This document shows, in pieces, positions 12,476 to 23,146 of a stretch of 64,000 nucleotides of DNA (position 1 is the stretch's first letter; each line of letters starts with the position of its first letter). The translations under genes were made by a program, and so were the position numbers. The stretch is from Felis catus. Taxonomy: Eukaryota. The notes beneath the pieces were generated by a model. It did not search any database, was not told the origin of the DNA, and was given only the letters and a program-made list of their open reading frames with translations. The stretch lies in assembly GCF_018350175.1 (NCBI RefSeq), contig NC_058384.1, forward strand, positions 58,652,001 through 58,716,000, in the 5' to 3' direction.

Positions 12476-12720
12476 GACTGCTAACCCGTGGACCGCAGAC
12501 CGGGACCCCTCTCAGACACGGATGACAGATACACAGTGTTTGTTTTTAAATATTTGAATTAGTTGTCAAGACTTAAAAATCCAAAGGTTTCACATCAAAT
12601 CTGAGTTCTCAACTTTCCCGGGGGGGGGGGGGGGGGGGGAGTTAATCTTGTCAGCACCTGGCTGGAATTGCCAAAGAGCCACACCCAGCTTGAGGTGGCC
12701 AGCCCTTCCTCAGCCCTGAA
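12476..12720 (+). mobile_element. MER102-like hAT-Charlie fragment with internal poly-G
   Basis: CACAGTGTT...TTTGAATTAGTTGTCAAGACTTAAAAATC...TTTCACAT matches recalled MER102; G20 at 12620-12639. Confidence 0.65.
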
Positions 12721-13113
12721 AGGCTCAGGCCAGTCTTGGTCTCCTTGTCTCAGTCGCCATGCCTCCTGCCTCTGTCAATATTGTTCCTTATTGGCTCCCT
12801 GTGGGCACTTCAGCTGACCACTCCCCCTCTACCAGCAGAAACCTGGATAAAACCTTGTCTCTGTTTGCTGTCACCAAAGTCACAGCTTTTGGAAGCATGT
12901 CTGAACTGGCCACAGTGGCCATATCCACTTCTAGGCTCATTTATAGCTCATTGCTCAAATGAATTCAAGACTCATTTATAGGCTCATTTATAGTTACACC
13001 ATTCTCTAAGACGAAGATTTTATAAGTGAGGTATGGATATCACAAATGGTATGAGAGAGGGTTTTAAATGACATAAAAATATATTTTAATTTTAGCAAGC
13101 TTATTTCAATGTA

Positions 13114-13116
<3 letters not shown>

Positions 13117-13163
<47 letters not shown>
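13117..13163. repeat. (TA)n microsatellite
   Basis: About 22 TA units. Confidence 0.98.
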
Positions 13164-13167
<4 letters not shown>

Positions 13168-13499
13168 TGGCAGCTCAAACCACTGATTTATAATAATGAT
13201 ATAAATTTCTTATTTTGAAAATCTTGTGAAATGTTTCTTGCATGTAAAAAATATCTACTACATGTAAGATATACAGAATAATATAATAAACATGCACACA
13301 CTCACTGAACAGCACAGAAACAGAAGTCATGAATAATCCATCGTGCTCCTGTACGTGTTTCCCTGATCGTGTCTTTCCTCTCTTCCTTCAGAAGTAACCA
13401 AATTTTAGGTTTTGCAACTGTCACTTCCATTGTTTTCCTTTATAGGTTCACTGTATCCATGAGCATCCTGAAACATGTTTCATTTTGCAAATTACAGAA

Positions 13500-13713
13500 T
13501 TTTTTTTCAATGTTTTTTTTTAATTTATGTATTTTGAGAGAGAGAGCTCGAGCAGGGGAGGGGCAGAGAGAGAAGAAGAAAAAGAATCCCAAGCAGACTC
13601 CTTGCTGTCAGTACAGAGCCCGACAAGGGGCTTGAACTCACAAACTGTGACATCATGACCTTAGCAGAAATGAGAGTCAAATGCTTAACTCACCGAGCCA
13701 CCCAAGCACCCCG
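13500..13713 (-). mobile_element. CanSINE within old L1
   Basis: Full antisense SINE. Confidence 0.9.
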
Positions 13714-14139
13714 CGAATTTCGTAATTTATATAAATGGCAATGTTCCATGCGTATGTGTGTAAAGACTCGTCCACTTCGAGCCTATAGACATCATTCATT
13801 CATTTTACTGTCTCCTGATACATTATAACTCACATAGTTATCCTTCTATTAATGGTCACTGAGATTATTTCTGTAGATTTTGGCTAAAACGAACGTTCTC
13901 CAAATGTGCATGAGTGCGGCATATCTTTAGAGCATATGCCTAAAAAGGGAGTCTCTGGATCTTAGAGGATGGTCCCCATCTACAAATATCCCAAGTATGG
14001 TATTGCTAAATTGCTTTGCAAAGTGGTTTACATCCCCACCCTCAGCAGTGGATGAAAACCTCTGCTATTCTACATCTTGGTCAACACTACGCATTACTAG
14101 ACATTTTAGTGTGTTCCTCTCTGGGGTCTACGGTGGTAC

Positions 14140-14578
14140 TGATGTGGGAAACAAAGGCAGAAGGAAATGGCAGATAAAATTGAATTTCCTTATAACCTGC
14201 AGCCCATCGACAACTAGACAACTACTTGAGGCCGGCAGAGTAAAACATTTCCCCAGGAACTCCCTACTGTCTTAATGCTAATGCTTTGCGGGAGGGAAAG
14301 ACAACCTTAGCTTGACAATAGCTAGGCCTCCTGTATCCTGTGGGTCTTCTTTAGCGGAAGAAAATCTCACTGGAAACTTCCCCTGGACTTTACCTGCCCC
14401 CCAACTCCCATAGTATATAACCAGTCTCTCCTCGTGGTCCCGGAGCAGCTCTTCCTGCCCACAGGTCCCTATGCTTTAATAAAATCACCTTTTTACACCA
14501 AAGATGTCTTCAAGAATTCTTTCTTGGCGGTCGGCTCTGGACCCCACGAACTGCACTCTCACCCAAAAAACCTCATCA
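14140..14578 (+). mobile_element. ERV1-class carnivore solo LTR, short form (439 bp)
   Basis: TGATG...CATCA inverted termini, perfect 4-bp TSD GTAC (14136-14139, 14579-14582), TATATAA at about 14414, AATAAA at about 14478. Confidence 0.9.
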
Positions 14579-16679
14579 GTACTACACTGTAGTTTGACCT
14601 TGTATTTCTTTGATTATCAATAAGTTTAGGTACTTTTTTTTCCTGTTTATTCTAAATTTGTTAAATGCCTATTCACACCTTTTCTATTGGGATAGTTTTC
14701 TTTTTCTTATTGACTTTTAGGAACTCTTTACGTATAAAACACACCAGATACATTGGGGGGGGGGGTACTTCAATAGCAGTGTGTTTTACTGGGAAAAAAA
14801 ATTCATCTTAATACAGTTAGACTTATCAAATTTTTCATTTATGTTTTGTAGTTTTTGTCTAATCTATAAACATATCCATAAATATATCAGACAAGATTTT
14901 CCTTAAATATTTAAGGTTTTCTTACGCTTAAATCTTTAGTCCTCCTGGAAATTATTTTTAGGTATGGTATAACACAGGTACCCAATTTCATTTCTTTAAT
15001 ATGGAGAGGCAATTTTCCCAGCATCGTGTTCCATTTCCACCCCAACACGTAAGCTTTATCTGACCAAATTTTCATATGTGCAAAGGTAGGTTTCCTAGCT
15101 CCTGAATTTATGCTAGTGGTCTATTTTCCTGTCTTTGTACTTCTGGTACACTGTCTCAATTAATATAATTTCAAGAACAGCACACAAGGAATATTTCCCC
15201 ACCCTTTTCTTCTTCAAGATTGGTCATCTGTGCTTCAGTGTGAATGGTACGCCCTTTTTATTTTAATCGCATTTTCTAAATGCTTATTGCTGGCATATAG
15301 AAATCCAATTTTGAAAATACTCATCTTAAATCCAGTAATCTTGCTAAACTTAATTCTAAAAGTTTGTATATAGACCATCTGAGGTTTTTTCTGTAGAGGA
15401 CAAAAATATTACCTTCAGCTAATACTGGTTATGTTCCAGAAGTATCTTTATCTTGTTTCTGATTTTAAGGGGAATGCTTCTAATCTTTCACCATTAAAAA
15501 TGATGTTGCTGAAGGTTGCTAGCTTTTATGAGGTTCAGGAATCTTCTTTGTATTCTTAGTTTGCTAAGAGTGTCTTTCCATGAACAAGTGTTAACTTTTA
15601 TTCAACGTGTTTTCTTCATCTAAAAAGATCAGCATATGGTTTTCACATTATAGCAAACCTGCATTCCTTGGAATAATTCAATACAATTATGATATTATGA
15701 TATTTGTAGAATTACCTTTTTTGTACGCTGTTTGCTGAAATACTTTGCCAAGGATTTCTGCATCCATATTTATGATGTAGATTGGACAGTAATTTTCCCT
15801 TCTTATACAGTCATTGTCTGTTTTTAGAATGACGAAATGAGTTGGGGAGTTTCCTGTTTTGCTATTATCTGGAAGAATTTAGGTGTCTCAATCATCTGGA
15901 GTGTTAGTAAAATTATCCTGAAATATCATTAAGACAGATTTTGATATTTATTCATTAAATAATTTTGAAGGTTATAGCACTATTTGGGATTTCTGTGTCT
16001 GCCTGAGTTAATTTTGGTAATTTGTATTTTATGTAATTTGCCCATCGGGAAAGACATCTGGACTAAAGATATATCTATCTTTTTATCTCCTGCATCAAGA
16101 GCCAACACCAATTGAATAAAGGTGCTAAAATAAAATGCAATGAACCAGAGATACAAAATGCTCAGTCACCTGATGCCATTTTCCCGGATGTGCTAATTCA
16201 TGGGCTTCTCGAGGGACATGCCAATGAATTCTAAACACAGCCTTAGTGAGGGCCATGGCCTGCCTTGGTCAGTGGCTCATTATAAGTCCTTAACTCAGCA
16301 CCAACATTTTTAATTTGAAACTGAAGCTAGTAGTCCTGATAACCTGCTCACTTCTTTGTGTCAGATGTGAGGTGATAATACACTCACTACGTTTGGGAGT
16401 AAAATCATTCAAAATTACTAAGTGCCGACGAATGAATGTACAGACCATGTCCCTTTACAAAGGGGTTCACACGCGCCGTGAACGTCTCACAAAATGCAGC
16501 CGCTGGTAGGATACCCATGTTAGCTTTCCTCTACCGATCACTGCTTCCAAGACACAATGTTCTTCAAAGAGCCAGACAGATCATGCAAGATCAGACGCGG
16601 TGCTGGTGCATACTTACTGGCGACTCACATGACCGAAGCCATATTCTGTGCGGTCGTAGGATTACCCAACAGCCCAGCT

Positions 16680-16810
16680 GGAGGACAAAGAGCTTGGAAT
16701 TTGGAGTCCAGAGACCTAAATGTGACTCCAACTCTGCTACTCTTAGCCAAGGGACCATAGACAATTCATGGAGCCGTTCTGAGCCTCCTTCCCTGTAAAG
16801 GGAGGATGAA
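16680..16810 (+). mobile_element. MIR fragment
   Basis: AAAGAGCTTGGAATTTGGAGTCCAGAGACCT...TCTGAGCCTC...CTGTAAA. Confidence 0.65.
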
Positions 16811-18049
16811 GTCATTGCCTGCACAATGCAAGAAGAGTAGAGATTCTCACCTCCTTGGCAGTATAACCTGAAGACCGAAAGAAATGTTTGCACACGTGTT
16901 CTTAAAAGCGATGCACAACATCAAATAGCCTTTTTTGGTTTCACGATAACCTAATAACACGAACGAAAAACAGGATGGTGTAGTGGGAAAAGACTGAATC
17001 TTACAAAAAGAAGATAAAGGGTTGACTACGTAGTGCTGCCTCTTTTTAGATGTGTGATCTCGATCAAGGCGCTCTTTACTTTGGGAAGGAAGTGTGAGCA
17101 TACGCATAAAGCTTTGACAGAAACGAGGCACTTCCCAAATGTGATTTTTGTCCCCTCCCGCCACCACTGCCACCTCTGAATTTGATTTAAAAAAAAAAAA
17201 ATAGTAATGAACATTTTTTTAACTTGTCCCGTATCATTGGTTCCAAACTGATCCACTTTTGAAAAATCCCAGCCTGATGGAAGAAAAAATACATATGGCT
17301 ATGGCGTTCTAAGAATGTGTAGGTGAGAACAGTTGACCTCTTTGGACTCATGTTTGAACCCCACGTGTCGGGCCTTTGCTCTGTCTCCCAGCCAGATCTC
17401 TTCGTAACTTAGAGAAGTTTATCTCCCCAAGATTAGCTAAGGGAGGATGGACTAGGGAAGCGCAGCGATCACATTTCTACCTCGATTCACCTAAGCATGT
17501 GCACAATGGCCAGGAAGCCATTGGGGAAACCTCATCCAAAGCTAAAACCCAGATACCTTCCCCTGCGGATTTGTAAATTCACTTAACCCGGGCTGTTAGG
17601 GAGAGATTAACTCTTTCAGCCGGTCTCTTGCCCCCCAGCTAGCCACACGCTAGCCACACCGAGGAAGAAAAACACAAGCTTCTGAAGATGTTGGTGCTGA
17701 GGCGTCAAAATCGGCAACTGGTCTTTAAAGAATTCAACTGAGTAATGTGGAGATGATGGTTGACTAGAGACACTTTATCACTTGCTGACATTTTCGCTAA
17801 ATCTCCTTTAGAGAAAATGTGGAGTTTCAAGTTTCTTAGCCAAAGTCGGCTAATTCGCTGCATTGTATTATCAGCAATTGGAGGCCAGGTCTCCTCATTT
17901 ACTTTTGACCCCTGGGGTGGAACTGACACACAGAATTGCTGCCTAATAAACATTTTGTGAATGCAATTCTCTCGGAACTAAATCTGCACCCTGTACTGTG
18001 GCTCCGCCCTCCACCTGGCCTCCCATTCTTTTCCTCATTTACTTCCTCC

Positions 18050-18216
18050 TTTTTTTTTTAATATGAAATTTATTGTCAAATTGGTTTCCATACAACACCC
18101 AGTGCTCGTCCCAACAGGTGCCCTCCTCAATGCCCATCACCCACCCTCCCCTCCCCTCCCCTCCCTCCCACCCCCATCAACCCTCAGTTTATTCTCAGTT
18201 TTTAAGAGTCTCTTAT
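18050..18216 (-). mobile_element. L1_Fc-type LINE-1 3' end (5'-truncated)
   Basis: Antisense of the felid L1 3'UTR (...GGGACGAGCACTGGGTGTTGTATGGAAACCAATTTGACAATAAATTTCATATT-polyA); near-identical to copies at 38537 and 42119. Confidence 0.88.
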
Positions 18217-18538
18217 AAGGAAAAAATGAGTAAGGCATTCTTCCAAGACCTGACTCAAAATCATTTCCAGCAGAAAGTCATCTGAGATTGACCACACCCC
18301 CGTGGTCCCCTCCCCCACATTTGGCATTCCTTCAGCCCCAGAGGGATTAGACTACTTACTGGTTGCTTTACACATGTCTTCAAATTGCTGTGTTTATAAT
18401 ATCTGTTCCTTTCCAAGTAAAGAGGGATGAATGCCTGGAACTGTGTTAGACAGTTTATCATCTGCTCAAAAACTATGCATTAAAAATGGAAGGCAGGGAG
18501 GGAAGAAGAAAGAGCAAAGAAATAAGAAAGATAGGGAA

Positions 18539-18765
18539 GGGGCACCTGGGTGGCTCAGTCAGTTAAGTGTTTGACTTTTGTTTTGGGCTCAGGTCATGAT
18601 CTCACGGTACTGGGATTGAGCCCCACATTAGGCTCCATGCTGGGCTTGAAGCCTGCTTCAGATTCTCTCCCTCTCCCTCTGCCTCTCCCCAACTCACTTG
18701 TGCGTACTCTTTCTCTCTCAAAAGAAAAAAAAATACACTTAAAAAAAAAGTAAGATAGAATAATA
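18539..18765 (+). mobile_element. CanSINE
   Basis: Full SINE; TSD-like AAAGATAGG on both sides. Confidence 0.92.
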
Positions 18766-19132
18766 ATAAAAGATAGGAGAGTGTTTCATGCTTGATATAC
18801 ACCGTTCCTGTAAATGCAGCATCATGGCCAGATTAGATGAATAAAATGATTCCCGTTGGATCATTCTCCTTCAACAAAATATAAACAAATGCAGAAAACC
18901 CAGAGAAACCATGAACCACAGCGGAAGAAGCAAGTAATTTTTGCCTCTTCATTCAATTCAAACGCTCATTGATATGGAGACTTCAAGGTCCAAAGGTCTC
19001 CACCTTCCAGATTTTCTTATATTTGCAAAACCTTCATTTGTTCTTGTAAAGGAGACTTACTTTATTATCCAACTTAAATGCTCTGGGAGTACAGACAGAG
19101 TGAACAAGCAAGAGAGTTGGGATTAAAACTTT

Positions 19133-19450
19133 GTGTAACAGTTACCAGTTGTCTCAGTCAGTTCTGGAGGCTGAAAATCCAAGACCAAGATGCCAACAGA
19201 TTTGGCTCTTAGTGAGGACCCTCTTCCTGGCTTGCAGACAGCTGCCTTTTCGCTACCCCCTTACATGGCAGAGAAAGCTCTAGACTCTTACTATTTCTGC
19301 AAGGACACTAATTCCATCACGGCTCTACCTTCATGACCTCGTCTAAACCCAAATACTTCCCAAAGGCCCCACCTGCTAATACCACCACATTGGGGGTTGG
19401 GTCTTCAGATATATGCATTTTAGAGAGACGAATATATTCAGTCCATACCA
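19133..19450 (-). mobile_element. MLT1A-type MaLR solo LTR
   Basis: CAGTTCTGGAGGCTGAAAATCCAAGA...CTTCCTGGCTTGCAGACAG...CCCAAAGGCCCCACCT...ATTCAGTCCATA. Confidence 0.85.
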
Positions 19451-19979
19451 CCAGAAATCTTTGGTCAGTGCAGAAGCCATACGAGGGTGATCTGGCGATG
19501 ATGTCTAACATGTGTGTGATCACCAGCATTAATTCATGCAGACAGTGATGGCTGGCTGAAAGCAGTCTCTTCTTTCCTCACTGCACTGGATTCTTCTTGC
19601 AGCTGGGCACTCCATGGAAGAGAAAATGTTCCAATTCATTTGTTTTTCCACTGAACAATTATTTATTGAATACCTACTGCGTGCCCAGAACTCTCCTAGG
19701 TCCCTGTGTTGTTCCCTCCAAGAGCTTATGTTCCAGCTTCGAAGGTCAGGCAATAAGGGAGTAAGCAAATGGGCAAGGTATATATGGGTAAGGAATATAT
19801 TCATTTCAGAATGATATATGTTATCAAGAGTAGTGTGATAGATCACTATTTCACCCAACATACGTGACTGTCTTTGCTCCCTTTGCTAAGGTCTCCAAAT
19901 GGGCTCTTCAAGTTTCTCCTCAAACGATTTCATTTGTGTCACTTTTTCTCTCTGCCACCCTCATGCCCTTCCAGCTCAC

Positions 19980-20150
19980 ATCCCCTCGCTTATTTCTGAC
20001 AACAGCACCATAAGATAGTATCCTGGGTATAACTATTTTGTAGATGGGAAATCTGAGGCAGACAATGTCGTAGCAACTTGCCTACGGTAGCAAAGCAAGT
20101 AAGTGGTGAAGCCAGGATATAAATGCATGTCCTCCAATTCCAGAGCCCCT
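19980..20150 (-). mobile_element. MIR
   Basis: ATTTTGTAGATGGGAAATCTGAGGCA...AACTTGCC...GTAAGTGGTGAAGCCAGGAT. Confidence 0.7.
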
Positions 20151-20370
20151 GGCAAAGCTGCTCTGTCATCTTTTTCCCCATGGCAGAGTTAGTCTTTCCA
20201 ACAAAAGGAGGCACCAAAACAAAAATCCCCTGCCTCCCCAAAGGCTAGAAGAAGGCTTTGTAGGAGAAGGATTCACAGCCAAGGGGTATGAACTAGGCAT
20301 AGTAAAGAATCTCCAGCCATAAAAACTAAAAACTTCCCAGAGAACTGTAGGAATTGTTTTCCTCTAGAGA

Positions 20371-20589
20371 CTGAGGTTGGCAAACTACTATGCATGGGTG
20401 AAATCCAGCTACCTGTTTTCATAAAGAGAGTTTCATTGGCACACAGCCGCAATCCTTCATTTACAAATTGTCTACGGCTGCTTTCACATTACAAGGACGG
20501 AATTGAGTAGATGTGACAGGGACCATATGGCCCACAAAGCCTAACATTTTTATGATCTGGTCCTTTATAGAAAATGGTTGCTGACTTTG
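20371..20589. mobile_element. MER58A (hAT-Charlie MITE)
   Basis: GGTTGGCAAACTA...GGCACACAGCC...TATGGCCCACAAAGCCTAA...CCTTTATAGAAAA; TCTAGA target motif on both flanks. Confidence 0.88.
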
Positions 20590-21148
20590 ATCTAGAATAG
20601 CATGCTGGATTTTGCCTGGGTTGGCTTAAGTATGGTTCTTTCTAAAGCCAAAGAATGGTCCCGTTGAAACTTTAATGTCCCTTTCGGCTCTGGCACTAAA
20701 CATGTATTTCTGGGGTCAAAACAGGTCATTCCTAATTGGTAGGACTCTTTTCCACACTTCTCCAGCTGCCTCCCAGCTCTGATTGGCTGTACCTTTACGT
20801 TGTATTTAAACTATATGTAGCTGACAGGGGTTTCCCAGATTACACTGCGGGCTACCAGTAAGCCCAGCCTAACTGTGGTGGGGCTGGACGACACCAGTAA
20901 TAAGCTCCACCCAGTTTGGATTGGGCATGACGGGATGACAGATTTCTGCTGTCCCCATCAACACAGTGATTAACATTCTTGCATTGATCTCCATTATTGC
21001 TAGTAAGGATATATCTTGTTTAATTTTACCTTGGGTAAAAGAAAAATTATTTATTAAAAGCATCAAGTATTAAGTGTTAAAGAACTCTTGTTGATAAGAT
21101 CAGACAAGCAGAACTGAGCCATTTGTGAATTCCTTTGGAAAAATACTA

Positions 21149-21217
21149 CACACACACACACACACACACACGCACGCACGCACGCACACACGCACACACA
21201 CGCACACACACACACAC
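21149..21217. repeat. Compound (CA)n/(CACG)n microsatellite
   Basis: Direct reading. Confidence 0.97.
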
Positions 21218-21929
21218 CCCCTGGGAAAAACATGCACTAACTGCAAACATTTTCCATCCCTGCAAACTTCATGAGTATTTTCCCAATTCAGTTCAATATG
21301 AAATGACATTCCTATTGTGTTTTTTTATGCCACCTCTGGGAAACTGGCCTGAGAGCCTACCTTTCACAAGCTGTGTGATCTCGAACAAGTGACTTCACCT
21401 CTGCAAGCCCCATTTTCTTCTGTGAGATGTGGCCATCAGAATGGATGCTTTTTCCTATACACATAGGAACCAGCATGGCTGTGAGCCCTAAAAGTCCCCC
21501 ATCCACCCCAGCTGTCTCCCTCCAAGTCAAGTCTCAGCATGGTGCGGTGAAAAGACGTGAACTTGGGAGTTGGCCAGACGTAGGTCCAACCTGGAAAAGC
21601 ACATTTTTATTTGGCCATTTGAACCTCGTGCCACTCACTGAAATGGCAGACTCCGGCTGTTGTCCATGCCCTTCCTTCTGCCTAGAACACCTTTTGCTCT
21701 GCCTTGTGCACCACGCCCCACATCTCCTCTGCACCCTTCCACGATCAAGTCAGAAAATTAATGTTCCTGGTCCCTGTCTTCACCCTCAAGGAAGAGGCAT
21801 GTATTCCCAGGCATGTATTAGCTGTGTGTCTGTATAGACTCCTCTCACAGATAGTGACTTCCTTGAGGTCAAGCTCTGTGGGGACTTCCACTCAAAAGCC
21901 CTCCCTGAGTGAAGCCCATCTACATCTGT

Positions 21930-22695
21930 CCATCTGACTTGGGCTCAACCTCAAAATTCCAACCATGGCTTCAAGGCTCTGCACAAGTCAGCCTCTGCTG
22001 ACTTCTCCAATCCCACTGCAGGCCACGTGTCTCCCGTCTTTTAGGTTCTCCGGGGTGTGTTCCATCCCCTTGTTTTCTTTGTACATATAATTCTCTCTGC
22101 TGGGGAAGTTCTCTACACATGGCTCTTAGCAGCCCTTTACCTGGCCCTTTGCAGACCTTAGCTCCAGTTCATTCATTCATTCATTCATTCATTCATTTAA
22201 CAGTTATTATCAATCACTTTTCTAGGCGCTAGATGAAACTCCGTGTCCACCTAGAGTCTCCATTCTAGTTGGAGTAAATACAGAAATAAACCAATAAATG
22301 CAGGCTGTGTCAGAGGGTGATACATGCTAAGGAAAAACACAAAGCAAGATGAGAAGGAGCTCCGGGGCAGGGTGCCGTTTTATAGGAGGAGGTTGGAAGC
22401 AAAATGGAAGTCTTTGGTAGCCATGCCAATGTTATTTCCTCAGAGCGCCAACCTGAATGAATTCCTTCCTCCTACTCTCTCTTTCTCAGCACTGTATCAT
22501 GTTCCAGGGCACTTCTCAGAGTTTATGATTAAGTATACGGTGTGCGACAGTGTCTTTTTTCTTTGATGCACTCACCGTATCAACTGTAAGCCCCAAGAGG
22601 GCAGGAACAGTGCCGCTTTGTTCATCATTCAACACCAAACCCTGCTGGACACAGAGTAGGCACACAAATTTTTCACAAAAGAATGAATAAATGAA
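21930..22695. mobile_element. L2 fragments in both orientations
   Basis: (TTCA)n L2 tail at about 22168 (minus) and ...CTGTAAGCCCCAAGAGGGCAGGAAC...GAATGAATAAATGAA (plus). Confidence 0.65.
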
Positions 22696-22920
22696 GTCAA
22701 AAGGTAAACGCTTCTGCGTGTCATGCCAACTTCACCTTTCTGTAAACCCTAGAGGCCCATCTCTGCTCTGTCATTAACTAGCTCCTTGGAATTGGGGAAA
22801 ACTCACTTTTCCCCTCTGGATTTCAGTTTCTTTATCTATTAGCAAAGTGCGTGGGTCAATGGCTTGTGTGACGATCTCTCATCCCATAATTCCATGGCAG
22901 GCCTAAATCAGACCCCTCAA

Positions 22921-23146
22921 GGGGCGCCTGGGTGGCGCAGTCGGTTAAGCGTCCGACTTCAGCCAGGTCACGATCTCGCGGTCCGTGAGTTCGAGCCCCG
23001 CGTCGGGCTCTGGGCTGATGGCTCAGAGCCTGGAGCCTGTTTCCGATTCTGTGTCTCCCTCTCTCTCTGCCCCTCGCCCGTTCATGCTCTGTCTCTCTCT
23101 GTCCCAAAAATAAATAAACGTTGAAAAAAAAATTTTTTTTTTAAAA
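22921..23146 (+). mobile_element. Young felid SINEC_Fc-type CanSINE
   Basis: CpGs intact, A and B boxes intact (GTTCGAGCC); perfect 16-bp TSD AAATCAGACCCCTCAA (22905, 23147). Confidence 0.98.

Larger units (their letters stand above)
13230..16050 (-). mobile_element. Old L1M LINE (3' UTR plus decayed ORF2), interrupted by a SINE and an LTR
   Basis: T-rich + strand with antisense L1 ORF2 motifs (GGGAATGCTTCTAATCTTTCACCATTAA, CTTAGTTTGCTAAGAG, GGATTTCTGCATCCATATTTATGA); no open frame. Confidence 0.8.
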
